A stretch of DNA of 64,000 nt, taken from assembly GCA_902553005.1 (NCBI GenBank), contig CACDIK010000002.1, positions 19,615 through 83,614 of the forward strand, written 5' to 3'. Below, piece after piece: positions 18,539-28,310 of the stretch. Numbering within the stretch: the first letter of the stretch is position 1; each line of letters begins with the position of its first letter. Below the pieces are notes generated by a model that saw only the letters and a program-made list of their open reading frames with translations, was not told the DNA's origin and searched no databases. The translations under genes were made by a program, and so were the position numbers. Origin of the DNA: an uncultured Alphaproteobacteria bacterium. GTDB lineage: Bacteria; Pseudomonadota; Alphaproteobacteria; HIMB59; GCA-002718135.

Positions 18539-19406
18539 TTGGGAGATTATCTCTAATTTTTTGATACTGATATTTCATAAAAGGGATAAAAATAAAAAGT
18601 AAAATTGATTTAGCTGTAATTAAAGATTTCTCTAATAAGTTTAAATATACCCTTTCTCTTAAATATTTTTTTTTATTGGATTTTATCTTAATACCAATCC
18701 CTCTATAAATATTAGCCGCAATGAATATTCCTAGTCTTGTGGATGGTGGGATATACTTTAAACCAGCAAAACCATTTTTATAAAACATATCTGAAAGGAC
18801 TATTACTTCATGAATTGCATTTGATATTCTTTCATCTTTTTCTGAGCTTTTGTTATGAAGATCAGTTAAATTTTCTAGTGATATATCAGGTATCCAATTA
18901 GCAGGTAAATATATTCTTTTCATTTTGGAATCTTCATAAACATCTCTAGCTATATTTGTTAGTTGCATTCCAATACCTAAATCAATTGCAGATTTTGCTG
19001 CTTTTTCATTTTTTACTCCTATAATTTTAGACATCATTAATCCGACAGTTCCGGCAACATGATAAGAGTATTTTATAAGTTCTTCCTTGTTTTGAATTCT
19101 TGTTTTTTTCTGATCCAAAATTAATCCCTCTATTAAGTCTATAAAAATTAAATTGTTAATTTCATTTTTTTGCAAAAAAATATTTACTTTATTATTTTTA
19201 TTGGTCTTTATTTCTTCAATTGAATTTTTGAGATAGATAGTTTGATCTTTGTTGTGTTTATCAGCAATATCATCAAAATATCTACAAATTGAATATAGAA
19301 TACCAGCATTTTTTTTTGAACTTTTTGGTAAAAAAAAACTTGCCCAATAAAAACTTTTACCTTCTCTTTTAAGGTCAGTCGACGAATTTAGTTCTAAATC
19401 AATCAT
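18525..19406 (-). CDS. crtB: Phytoene synthase
   Basis: KSFYWASFFL, CRYFDDIAD, YHVAGTVG, QLTNIARDVYED, RIYLP. Confidence 0.95.
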   Translation of the reverse strand: MIDLELNSSTDLKREGKSFYWASFFLPKSSKKNAGILYSICRYFDDIADKHNKDQTIYLKNSIEEIKTNKNNKVNIFLQKNEINNLIFIDLIEGLILDQKKTRIQNKEELIKYSYHVAGTVGLMMSKIIGVKNEKAAKSAIDLGIGMQLTNIARDVYEDSKMKRIYLPANWIPDISLENLTDLHNKSSEKDERISNAIHEVIVLSDMFYKNGFAGLKYIPPSTRLGIFIAANIYRGIGIKIKSNKKKYLRERVYLNLLEKSLITAKSILLFIFIPFMKYQYQKIRDNLPNENL

Positions 19407-19408
19407 TG

Positions 19409-20884
19409 TTATTTTAATTCAGATTTGATGATATTTTCAACAACTTTAGCTGAGGAAAGAACACCTGGTATTCCAGCCCCTGGATGTGAGCCTGCTGCAG
19501 AAAAATATAAATTTTTAATTTTTTTGTCTTTGTTGTGATATCTAAACCAAGCTGACTGTGTAAAAATTGGGGCTATAGAAAATCCTGCTCCGTGCATAGA
19601 ATTGTAATCGTTTTTAAAATCTTTAGGGTTCATCCAAAAAACATCTGTAATACTCTTTTCTAAATCTGGCATAATTGTTTGTGATAATTCTTTAACTATC
19701 TTATTTTTAAGGTTTTCTGATTCAACATCCCAATCAATTTTGCCTTGTAAATTGGGTACTGGGCATAGAACATAAAAACTATCACATCCTTCTGGAGCAA
19801 ACGATTTATCAGTTGCGGTAGGCCTATGAATATATAAAGAAAAATCTTCAGATAATATTTTATTTTTAAATATATCATGAAGTAAAGATTTAAATCTTTC
19901 AGTCATCCAAATAGTATGATGAGCAACTTTATGGTATTGTTTTTTCGTACCAAAGAAAAGAACAAAAAGCCCCATTGAATACAATAAGTTTTTTTCTTTT
20001 AATACAGGTCTTTTTAAATTTTGTTTTTTTAAAAGTTTAGAGTAAACCATGGGTGGATCAGCATTACAAACAACTAGATCTATATTAGAAATCTCTTCAT
20101 TGTTTGTTAATATTTTTGTTATCCTATTATTTTCCACAATAAATTCTTTTGCCTCTGTATTTGTTTTTATTTTAATACCACAATCAATCATTAATTGTTT
20201 TAGTTCAGATACAATTTTACCAGTTCCGCCCATACAAAAAAATACGCCCCATTTTCTCTCTAAATAATGAATCAAAGCGTAAATAGATGTTGTTGTGTGT
20301 GGATCACCTCCAACTAAAAGTGGGTGAATTGAAAATGCTTTTCTAAGATATGGATTTTTTAGATAACTATTTACAAGTTGAGATACTGTGAAATAACTTT
20401 TTAAAATAATTAAATTAGGAATAACACCTAACATTTTAAAAAAAGAAATAAATGGTTTGTCAGCTAATTGTGTGAACCCTACATCAAAAATTTTTTTTGA
20501 TTGATTTAAGAGTTTAGAATATCCTTTGATGTCTCTATTATCATATTTGCTTATTTCATTATTTGTCTTTTCGATAGTAGAACAATAATCAAAAGTTTTA
20601 CCATCATGAAAATAATATCTATACCAGGGCTCAAGAGGAACAAAACTCAAATAATCTTCTCTTTTTTTCCCAAATAGACTAAATAATTCATCAAAAAGAA
20701 ATGGTGCTGTTATAACTGTTGGTCCAGCATCATGTTTAAAACCATTCACTTCAAAAACTCTTGCTCTTCCTCCAAGCTCGTCTAGTTTTTCAATAATTGT
20801 TGTATCATAGCCTAATTTTTTTAGTCTTAGACTAATCGCAATACCTCCAAAACCACTTCCTATAACTACTGCTTTTTTTCCCAT
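19409..20884 (-). CDS. crtI: Phytoene desaturase
   Basis: VIGSGFGG, DAGPTVIT, LLVGGDP, QSAWFR, HPGAGIPGVLSSA. Confidence 0.96.
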   Translation of the reverse strand: MGKKAVVIGSGFGGIAISLRLKKLGYDTTIIEKLDELGGRARVFEVNGFKHDAGPTVITAPFLFDELFSLFGKKREDYLSFVPLEPWYRYYFHDGKTFDYCSTIEKTNNEISKYDNRDIKGYSKLLNQSKKIFDVGFTQLADKPFISFFKMLGVIPNLIILKSYFTVSQLVNSYLKNPYLRKAFSIHPLLVGGDPHTTTSIYALIHYLERKWGVFFCMGGTGKIVSELKQLMIDCGIKIKTNTEAKEFIVENNRITKILTNNEEISNIDLVVCNADPPMVYSKLLKKQNLKRPVLKEKNLLYSMGLFVLFFGTKKQYHKVAHHTIWMTERFKSLLHDIFKNKILSEDFSLYIHRPTATDKSFAPEGCDSFYVLCPVPNLQGKIDWDVESENLKNKIVKELSQTIMPDLEKSITDVFWMNPKDFKNDYNSMHGAGFSIAPIFTQSAWFRYHNKDKKIKNLYFSAAGSHPGAGIPGVLSSAKVVENIIKSELK

Positions 20885-20941
20885 TTTTAATTTTGTAATT
20901 GTATTTAAATACCTTATTTCTTAATAAATATAATATTATTT

Positions 20942-21454
20942 ATGCTTACAAAGACAGATTTATTTGAATTACTTAGTGTAAAAAATAAAGATTTTCAAAT
21001 TCATGATCATGATCCTTTATTTACAGTTGAAGACTCTGAAAATCTAAGGGGTGAAATTAAAGGAGCACATACAAAAAATTTATTTTTAAAAAATAAAAAA
21101 AATAATTTTTATCTTTTTAGTTGTGATGAAAATGCAAAGGTTGATTTAAAGCAATTTTCTAAATCTATCGATGCTAAAAATTTATCATTTGCTAATGCTG
21201 AATATTTAGAACAATTTCTAGGTATAAAGCCAGGATCAGTTTCACCATTTGCCCTTCTTAACGACAAGCATAATGTTGTTGAATTTTACTTAGATGAAAA
21301 GCTTTTTAACAGTGAATTAATTAACTTCCACCCCCTAATTAACACAACAACTATAAGTATAAAGACTTCAGAATTTATAAACTTCCTCCTTGAAAATAAT
21401 AAAAAAATTCATATTTTTTCTTTGGATAGTTATAGTATAGTTAAATCTTTATGA
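20942..21454 (+). CDS. YbaK/ProX aminoacyl-tRNA editing protein
   Basis: HDPLFTV, HTKNLFLK, GSVSPFAL, NFHPLINT. Confidence 0.9.
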   Translation: MLTKTDLFELLSVKNKDFQIHDHDPLFTVEDSENLRGEIKGAHTKNLFLKNKKNNFYLFSCDENAKVDLKQFSKSIDAKNLSFANAEYLEQFLGIKPGSVSPFALLNDKHNVVEFYLDEKLFNSELINFHPLINTTTISIKTSEFINFLLENNKKIHIFSLDSYSIVKSL

Positions 21455-22317
21455 GTGAAAATACAAATATAATCGATGTTACTGAAGCAGAGTTTAATGA
21501 TCAGGTTATTGAGGCAAGTGAGAGAAAATTAATTGTTGTTGATTTTTGGGCTCCTTGGTGTGGTCCTTGTAAACAATTAACACCAATTTTAGAAAAAATA
21601 ATTTCAAAATCAGGAGACAAAATCACTTTAGTAAAAATAAATATTGATGAAAATCAACAAATTGCTGCACAATTAAGAATTCAATCAATTCCTACTGTCT
21701 ACGCTTTCAAAGATAAACAAATTGTTAATGCATTTCAGGGTGTTATTCCTGAAGGCCAAATTATTGAATTTATTGAAAAGTGTTTAGGTTCTAAAATTAA
21801 TGAAGACTTCACTGAATTTTATAATGAAATAGAAAGTGCTATGGCTGAAAATAAGTTTGAAGAAACTAAAGACACTCTTCTAGAATTTATTTCTAAAAAC
21901 TCAGACGAAATTAAAGGTATTTGTTTTTATTTAGAGTGTTTGATTGAACTTAAACAATTTGAAGAGGTTGAGATGTTCATTAGTTCATTAGAAAAAGATG
22001 TACAAGATAAGGATGAAGTTAAACAGGTTTTAAAAAAAATGGAAATTGTGAAAAATAATTCATCCGGACCAAATATAAATGAGTTGCTTGGCAAACTTGA
22101 GAGTGAACCAAATAATATTGATTTAATTTTAGAAATATCAGATAAATATTTTTCAATGAAACAATATGAAAATGGAATGGATTTGCTTCTAAAAAATTAT
22201 CCAAAAAATAAGGATAGTATAAAAAATAAGATGGTAGAATTTTTTGCTGTACTTGGAAATACTGATCAAATTACTATTCAGTATAGGAAAAAACTTTCAC
22301 AATTAATGTTTTCATAA
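21451..22317 (+). CDS. Thioredoxin-TPR chaperedoxin (YbbN/CnoX)
   Basis: DFWAPWCGPCK, QSIPTV, C-terminal helical domain ending YRKKLSQLMFS. Confidence 0.9.
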   Translation: MSENTNIIDVTEAEFNDQVIEASERKLIVVDFWAPWCGPCKQLTPILEKIISKSGDKITLVKINIDENQQIAAQLRIQSIPTVYAFKDKQIVNAFQGVIPEGQIIEFIEKCLGSKINEDFTEFYNEIESAMAENKFEETKDTLLEFISKNSDEIKGICFYLECLIELKQFEEVEMFISSLEKDVQDKDEVKQVLKKMEIVKNNSSGPNINELLGKLESEPNNIDLILEISDKYFSMKQYENGMDLLLKNYPKNKDSIKNKMVEFFAVLGNTDQITIQYRKKLSQLMFS

Positions 22318-22318
22318 C

Positions 22319-22912
22319 ATGGAAATCCCTATTTTTCCTTTAAACGGTGCCGTCCTTTTTCCAGGAACAAGCTTGCCTCTAAATATATTTGAAAAAAGAT
22401 ATATTGAGATGGTTGACTACGCTCTTTCAAAGGAAAGGCACATAGGTATGATACAATCTGATGAAAAAAATAAACTCTATAATATTGGTTGTATTGGAAA
22501 AATTCATAGTTTTAGTGAAACAGCAGACGGACGATATTTAATTAGTCTACAGGGAACTAATTGTTTTAATGTTAAGAAAGAATTAGAAAAAAACTATAAG
22601 TTTAGGTTAGTAGAAGCTGAATTGTTGGATTTTGAAGAAGATAGGAACATCATAAATGAAAAACAAAAAAATAATCTTTTAGATAAGTATAGCCAATACA
22701 TTAAAGTCAAAAAAATTAACTTAAATTTAGAAGAAATTCGAAACATAGATTTTAATCAAATTGTAAAGTTTATAGCAATGATATCCCCTTTTAGTGATAT
22801 TGAAAAACAAGTTCTTTTGGAAACAAAAAATTTAAGCGATTTTTATAAAAAACTTCATTCAATTTTAGAGCTTGAAATTGTTGAAGATAATAATAGCAAA
22901 ACTATTAATTAA
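22319..22912 (+). CDS. LON peptidase substrate-binding domain protein
   Basis: IPIFPL, LPLNIFEKRY, DGRYLISLQG, EKQVLLE. Confidence 0.9.
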   Translation: MEIPIFPLNGAVLFPGTSLPLNIFEKRYIEMVDYALSKERHIGMIQSDEKNKLYNIGCIGKIHSFSETADGRYLISLQGTNCFNVKKELEKNYKFRLVEAELLDFEEDRNIINEKQKNNLLDKYSQYIKVKKINLNLEEIRNIDFNQIVKFIAMISPFSDIEKQVLLETKNLSDFYKKLHSILELEIVEDNNSKTIN

Positions 22913-24086
22913 CACCCATAGCAAAATCGCTTATTTGATTTTTTAATTTTTTACTTTTCTCAATTAGATTGATAGCTGAAAATCTTGCATGATTAAAAAT
23001 TGTATTGTCTAATTTAAAGACACTATCAACTTTGTCAGTAATTTGATAAAGCCTATAAGCTTTGAAAAAATTATCTTTCTGAAACTCTTTACAAAATATA
23101 TCATCTCCCAATTCAAAACCTAGAGAGTTATATTTTTTAACAAGATTATATAGACTTTCTACATCTTGCATACCTAGATTCCATCCTTGTCCTGCAATTG
23201 GATGAAATGAATGGGCTGAGTCGCCTAAGTAAATAATTCTGTTCTCAAAAAATTTAGAGTTTAAATGAGCTTTTAAGGGAAAGCTTTGTTTGGTGATTAT
23301 TTTTTTTATCTCACCCACACTTCCCTGTGTCCTTTCATTTAGAATGGAAATAATATTATTATCATCTAAGGAAAGTAAAGAATTTATAAATTTATTATTG
23401 TTTGTCCAAACTATTGAGCTTTGAAACTGATTTTTATTTTTTTGCATTGGTAGGATTGCAAGAGGTCCATTTTTAAAGAAAAACTCATAAGCAGTATTAT
23501 AGTGATTCTTTGAGTGATAAAAATTTATTACAATTGCTTTCTTTTTATAATCTTTTTTATAAATTGGTGTTTTAAAAATTTTTCTTATGGAACTATTTTT
23601 GCCATCACACGCGAATAGAATATTTGAATTAACATAGAAATTATTTTGCTTAGTTATAATTCTGTCGCTTTGATAAAAAATATCTTTAACATGAACATTG
23701 TTAAAAATTTCTACGTTTTTTTGTTTTTGTAATTTTTTATACAGGCAATAAAGTATAAACTCGTTTTTGACTATATATCCAAGATTGGATTTTCTTCTTT
23801 GATTGTCAAAATAAATTTTGTTTGATTGATTTCTGTCTATTATTTTAATATTCTTTATTGGTTCTGCGTGATTGCTAATATCCTTCCAAATGTTTATTTC
23901 TTCGAGAAATTTTTTTGTACCCTCTGAAATTGCTGTTGTCCTTTTATCTAAATAATTTTTATGATTAAATTTAGTGTTTTGCTCTAAAACTACTACTTTA
24001 TTACCAAGTTTAGAAAGTGAGTAAGCTGCGACTGCCCCTATAAGCCCTCCTCCTATTATATTAATATTTGATTGAATTTCTTTCAT
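22905..24086 (-). CDS. UbiH/UbiL family FAD-dependent hydroxylase
   Basis: IIGGGLIG, CDGKNS, GPLAILP, GDSAHSFHPIAGQGWNLG. Confidence 0.9.
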   Translation of the reverse strand: MKEIQSNINIIGGGLIGAVAAYSLSKLGNKVVVLEQNTKFNHKNYLDKRTTAISEGTKKFLEEINIWKDISNHAEPIKNIKIIDRNQSNKIYFDNQRRKSNLGYIVKNEFILYCLYKKLQKQKNVEIFNNVHVKDIFYQSDRIITKQNNFYVNSNILFACDGKNSSIRKIFKTPIYKKDYKKKAIVINFYHSKNHYNTAYEFFFKNGPLAILPMQKNKNQFQSSIVWTNNNKFINSLLSLDDNNIISILNERTQGSVGEIKKIITKQSFPLKAHLNSKFFENRIIYLGDSAHSFHPIAGQGWNLGMQDVESLYNLVKKYNSLGFELGDDIFCKEFQKDNFFKAYRLYQITDKVDSVFKLDNTIFNHARFSAINLIEKSKKLKNQISDFAMGVN

Positions 24087-24133
24087 AATTTTCTTCGAAT
24101 TACCATAATCTAAATGTATTACAATCTAACTAT

Positions 24134-26356
24134 ATGTTCAAGTATGGTTCTTTTCGAAATTTTGTCATTAAATTTTTTGTAGGAATAATTTTATTTGGTT
24201 TTGGATTAATTTATTTAGTCAGTCTATATACATTTTCCCCTAATGATCCGGGTTATCAAAATTTTAATGAAGGTGAGATTCAAAATATTCTGGGCCACTT
24301 TGGTGCATATTTATCAAGTTATTCATTAGTATTTATTGGAACACTAAGCTATTTATTTGCTCTATTTTTAACAATAGAAGGTGGTAGGTTTTTTCTAGGT
24401 ATTGCTAATCGATTTGTAATTTTAAATTCTATATCAAATCTAGTTGGTATTATAAGTATAAATATTTCCTTAAAATCATTTGGTGAATATTATTTAGAGA
24501 AGGGTGTATTGTCTCAGATCATTGTAGATCTATTTTCAATTATTAATTTAAATTTTTTAGATAATATTTTTGTTTATTATATCAGTAATTTTTTAATTTT
24601 TGTAATTGGACTTTTTTTAATACTTGTATCCTTTAGAACAAAAATGTCTTGGATAAATAAAATTATTCATTCGTTAAGAGTGTTCAGATATTTAAAGTTT
24701 TTGTTTTCAGTATTTAGTCTGTTAAAATATTTAAAATTTAAAAAAAGAACTTCTAAAAAAACTTTGAGGAGTGAGCCAACTATTAAAAAAAGAAATTATG
24801 TAAATATAAATAGAAATAGTAATTTAAGCACTAAAACTGAAAAACAACTAGAATTGGATAACTTCAGTTTTAGTCTTCCTTCAAAAGATCTTCTTTCAAT
24901 ATCAAACTTTAAAAAAAATCAAAATAAAGAACTCGATAAGATAAATACTGATGCGGCTTTAAAATTAGAAAAGACACTTTCCGAATATGGTGTTGAAGGA
25001 AAGATAATTGGTTTTAGTAGTGGTCCTATTGTTACCTTGTTTGAGTTTGTTCCAAATGCAGGTATCAAATCGAGTAAAGTTATAGGTTTATCAGATGATA
25101 TTGCTCGAGCAATGTCCTCTATCTCTGCTAGAATTTCAACTCAACCAGGTAAAACCAGTTTAGGAATCGAAATACCAAACAGTAAAAGGGAAAGTGTTTT
25201 GTTTGGGGATTTAATTAAAGAAGGAGAGTTTGAGATAGAAAACGATTCTCTAACACTCGCACTAGGAAAGGATATATCTGGAAAAAGTATTTTTGCAAAT
25301 TTAGAACGAATGCCACATCTCTTAATAGCTGGAACAACAGGTTCTGGAAAATCAGTAGGCATTAACACAATGATCTTAAGTATTTTATATAAATTTAAAC
25401 CCAATGAGTGCAAATTAATTTTGATCGATCCTAAAATGTTAGAACTAAGTATTTATGAAGATATTCCTCATTTATTAACACCTGTTGTAACAGATCCAAA
25501 AAAAGCTGTTTTTGCTCTTAAATGGGTCGTGAGAGAAATGGAAAACAGATATAAATTGATGAGTTCTTTAAATGTCAAAAATATAGATTCCTATAATGAT
25601 AAGGTTGTTAGAACTGTTTCATCTGGAAGAAAAATTTATAGAGAGGTTCAAACCGGAATTGATGATGACTCAAGAAAGCCAATAATTGAAAAACAAGAAA
25701 TTCTTCTAGAAAAAATGCCTTACATAGTTGTTGTAATTGACGAGATGGCTGATTTAATGATGGTTGCAGGAAAAGAAGTAGAGTCATTAGTACAAAGATT
25801 AGCTCAGATGGCTAGAGCCTCTGGTATACATCTTATAACAGCAACACAAAGACCTAGTGTTGATGTTATTACTGGAACGATAAAAGCAAATTTTCCAAGT
25901 CGTATAAGTTATAAAGTATCAAGTAAGTTTGATAGTAGAACAATATTAAATGAAATGGGAGCGGAACAACTACTAGGAAGTGGTGATATGTTATTTTTGG
26001 AAAACGGGGGTATTATTAAAAGACTACATGGTGGGTTTGTTGCAGAAAATGAAGTTGATAGGGTTGTAGCTCATATAAAAAAACAAGCTACATTTGATCA
26101 TAAAAATGAAATTTCTCTATTTGAAGATGATTTAAGCTCTACAATGAGAGAGGATTTGATTTCAAATAATAATGATGAATTATATAGTAAAGCGGTTGAT
26201 ATAGTTATCAAACAACAAAAAGTTTCTACTAGTTATGTTCAACGATATCTTCAGATTGGCTACAATAGAGCAGCTAGAATTATAGAAAAAATGGAAGAAG
26301 ATGGAATTATCAGTGAGGCGAACAACGCAGGTAAAAGATATGTTCTTAAAAAGTAA
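24134..26356 (+). CDS. ftsK: DNA translocase FtsK
   Basis: N-terminal TMs, PHLLIAGTTGSGKS, DEMADLMM, ATQRPSVDVITG, gamma domain IGYNRAARII. Confidence 0.97.
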   Translation: MFKYGSFRNFVIKFFVGIILFGFGLIYLVSLYTFSPNDPGYQNFNEGEIQNILGHFGAYLSSYSLVFIGTLSYLFALFLTIEGGRFFLGIANRFVILNSISNLVGIISINISLKSFGEYYLEKGVLSQIIVDLFSIINLNFLDNIFVYYISNFLIFVIGLFLILVSFRTKMSWINKIIHSLRVFRYLKFLFSVFSLLKYLKFKKRTSKKTLRSEPTIKKRNYVNINRNSNLSTKTEKQLELDNFSFSLPSKDLLSISNFKKNQNKELDKINTDAALKLEKTLSEYGVEGKIIGFSSGPIVTLFEFVPNAGIKSSKVIGLSDDIARAMSSISARISTQPGKTSLGIEIPNSKRESVLFGDLIKEGEFEIENDSLTLALGKDISGKSIFANLERMPHLLIAGTTGSGKSVGINTMILSILYKFKPNECKLILIDPKMLELSIYEDIPHLLTPVVTDPKKAVFALKWVVREMENRYKLMSSLNVKNIDSYNDKVVRTVSSGRKIYREVQTGIDDDSRKPIIEKQEILLEKMPYIVVVIDEMADLMMVAGKEVESLVQRLAQMARASGIHLITATQRPSVDVITGTIKANFPSRISYKVSSKFDSRTILNEMGAEQLLGSGDMLFLENGGIIKRLHGGFVAENEVDRVVAHIKKQATFDHKNEISLFEDDLSSTMREDLISNNNDELYSKAVDIVIKQQKVSTSYVQRYLQIGYNRAARIIEKMEEDGIISEANNAGKRYVLKK

Positions 26357-26927
26357 ATATATAAATTATTTGTGTATTATAATTTTTTTAAATTTTTCTA
26401 ACAGCGTTGATGCAAATACTAAAACTAAGATTCTAGATTATTTAAATTCTCTTCAATATTTTTCTGCATCATTTATTCAAAATGATAATGAAACCTTAAG
26501 TGAAGGGATGGTTTACATTGGGGATAAAAGAGTAAGAGCTGAATATTTATCACCTTCAAAAATTTTAATAGTTTTAGATGAGGATAAGGCTATGTATTAT
26601 AATTATGAATTAGAAGAAGATGAGTTTTTTAATCCCAAAAACACAAATGCTTGGTTCTTTTATGATATTTTTAGAAATCCAAATTTTTTTGAAGATAGTA
26701 AAATAAAAATTAAAAATAAAGAAATAATACTTGAAAAAAGTGGTTTTAATAATCAAGAAACAAAATATTTAATAAATGTTTATTTTGAAAATAATCCAAT
26801 GATATTAAGAAAAATAGAGGTTTTCATAAATGATGAATTCCTTCAAATATCTATTTTTAATCATAGTTATAATGAAGATTTTGATAAAGATTTTTTTAAA
26901 TTGATAAACCCAAGCCTTCTTGGTTAA
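26340..26927 (+). CDS. lolA: Outer-membrane lipoprotein carrier LolA
   Basis: Signal peptide from ATG 26340, FSASFIQ, RAEY; directly after ftsK. Confidence 0.75.
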   Translation: MFLKSKYINYLCIIIFLNFSNSVDANTKTKILDYLNSLQYFSASFIQNDNETLSEGMVYIGDKRVRAEYLSPSKILIVLDEDKAMYYNYELEEDEFFNPKNTNAWFFYDIFRNPNFFEDSKIKIKNKEIILEKSGFNNQETKYLINVYFENNPMILRKIEVFINDEFLQISIFNHSYNEDFDKDFFKLINPSLLG

Positions 26928-27520
26928 ATTGTTATTAACAATTTATCATTTTTTGATTGTATTTTGATAACTGTGTTTATTTGATTCATTTTTTTTCTTA
27001 TTCTTGTAAGGTGACTATCAAGTGAGTTTGTTTGTATTGTACTCTTGATGTTTAAAATATTTTCTTGAATAAAATTTTTTGTGCCTTCTTTTTCATAAAT
27101 TAAATAACTTAAAATTTCTGATTCTAATTTAGTTAAGTAGCAGAAAGAATTATTATTTATATTTGTCATTTTCTCGTTAATAATAGTAATATCGTGAAAT
27201 ATAATTTTTATATTTTCTAAAAAATTTTTAGTTATAGTTTTTATCTGGTTAATTGATATTGGTGTTTTTATTAATTGGTTATTAATTTTCATACTTTCAT
27301 TTTCTATATTTGATAATATTAGAAAGTTCCCTTTTAATTTTTTAAAATCAAATGGTTTTGTTCTTTTATCATTATTTAAGATTATAATATTTATATTATT
27401 GTTTTCGATATAATTTTGAGTTTCACTGAGACTCATAAAATATAACTCATAATCAGAAAATAACTCGCTCAAGAAAAAATTAATTTTTTTATCTGAAAAT
27501 ATATTTATTTTATTTTTCAA
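26924..27520 (-). CDS. Degenerate OmpR-type regulator with C-terminal winged-helix domain
   Basis: LTKLESEIL, TNSLDSHLTRIRKK; N-terminal receiver-like part is eroded. Confidence 0.7.
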   Translation of the reverse strand: MKNKINIFSDKKINFFLSELFSDYELYFMSLSETQNYIENNNINIIILNNDKRTKPFDFKKLKGNFLILSNIENESMKINNQLIKTPISINQIKTITKNFLENIKIIFHDITIINEKMTNINNNSFCYLTKLESEILSYLIYEKEGTKNFIQENILNIKSTIQTNSLDSHLTRIRKKMNQINTVIKIQSKNDKLLITI

Positions 27521-28155
27521 TTTCTTTTACCAAACAGAATTGTTCCAAGTCTTATATAGGCTGGTTTAAAAGGGAGTGCTTCTTTATAGTCTCCACTCAT
27601 GCCTATACTAAGTTTACTAATACTATTTTCTTTTGCTAAGTTTTGAAGTTGTTTAAAATGATATTTTGGATCATCTGCTATGGGGGGTATACACATAAGC
27701 CCTTGTATATTTAAATTAATTTCATTTTTTAAGAAGAAAAGAAAGTCTTTAGTATCTTCAGGAAAAATTCCACTCTTGGATTTTTCTCTTCCAGTATTTA
27801 TTTGAACGAAAAACTTTTTATCTTTTAACAAATACTGGTGTTTAGAAAATTCCTTTGCAATTTTTTCTCTATCTACGGTGTGAAAAACATCAAACAATGA
27901 TAGAGCATCCTTTACTTTGTTTGATTGTAAGGGGCCTGTTAGGTGTAATTCAATTTTTGGATTGTCTTTTTTTATATTTACAAATTTGTTTTTTGCTTCT
28001 TGAACTCTGTTTTCTCCAAAAATGTGTACACCCTCTTTTATAGCCTCAATAACGCTCTCTAGTGGGTGGTTTTTAGAAATTGCAACAATTTTCCCTGTTT
28101 TGCTGTGTTTTTCTAATATTTCCCTAATTTCATTGAATTTTTCTATATTAAACAT
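27517..28155 (-). CDS. yggS: PLP homeostasis protein YggS
   Basis: VAISK, FGENRVQE, GPLQSNK, GLMCIPP, SIGMSGDY, IRLGTILFG; start moved to ATG 28155. Confidence 0.95.
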   Translation of the reverse strand: MFNIEKFNEIREILEKHSKTGKIVAISKNHPLESVIEAIKEGVHIFGENRVQEAKNKFVNIKKDNPKIELHLTGPLQSNKVKDALSLFDVFHTVDREKIAKEFSKHQYLLKDKKFFVQINTGREKSKSGIFPEDTKDFLFFLKNEINLNIQGLMCIPPIADDPKYHFKQLQNLAKENSISKLSIGMSGDYKEALPFKPAYIRLGTILFGKRN

Positions 28156-28254
28156 AAAAATAGATGTTGTAAAAAAACAACATAATTTAAAAAAATATAA
28201 TAAATCATTATGCTTTTTTTGAACTTTATTCAATTTTTAAATAATAGGATCTTC

Positions 28255-28294
28255 AATACAAGTTTGTTTCTTGTATTTAATGAATATTCATTAA
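28255..28294 (+). promoter_or_regulatory. Two adjacent dyads in the porin leader
   Basis: AATACAAG-N7-CTTGTATT followed by the perfect 18-bp palindrome TTAATGAATATTCATTAA, just before the AAGGAG Shine-Dalgarno. Confidence 0.5.
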
Positions 28295-28310
28295 CTCAAA
28301 AGGAGTAATT

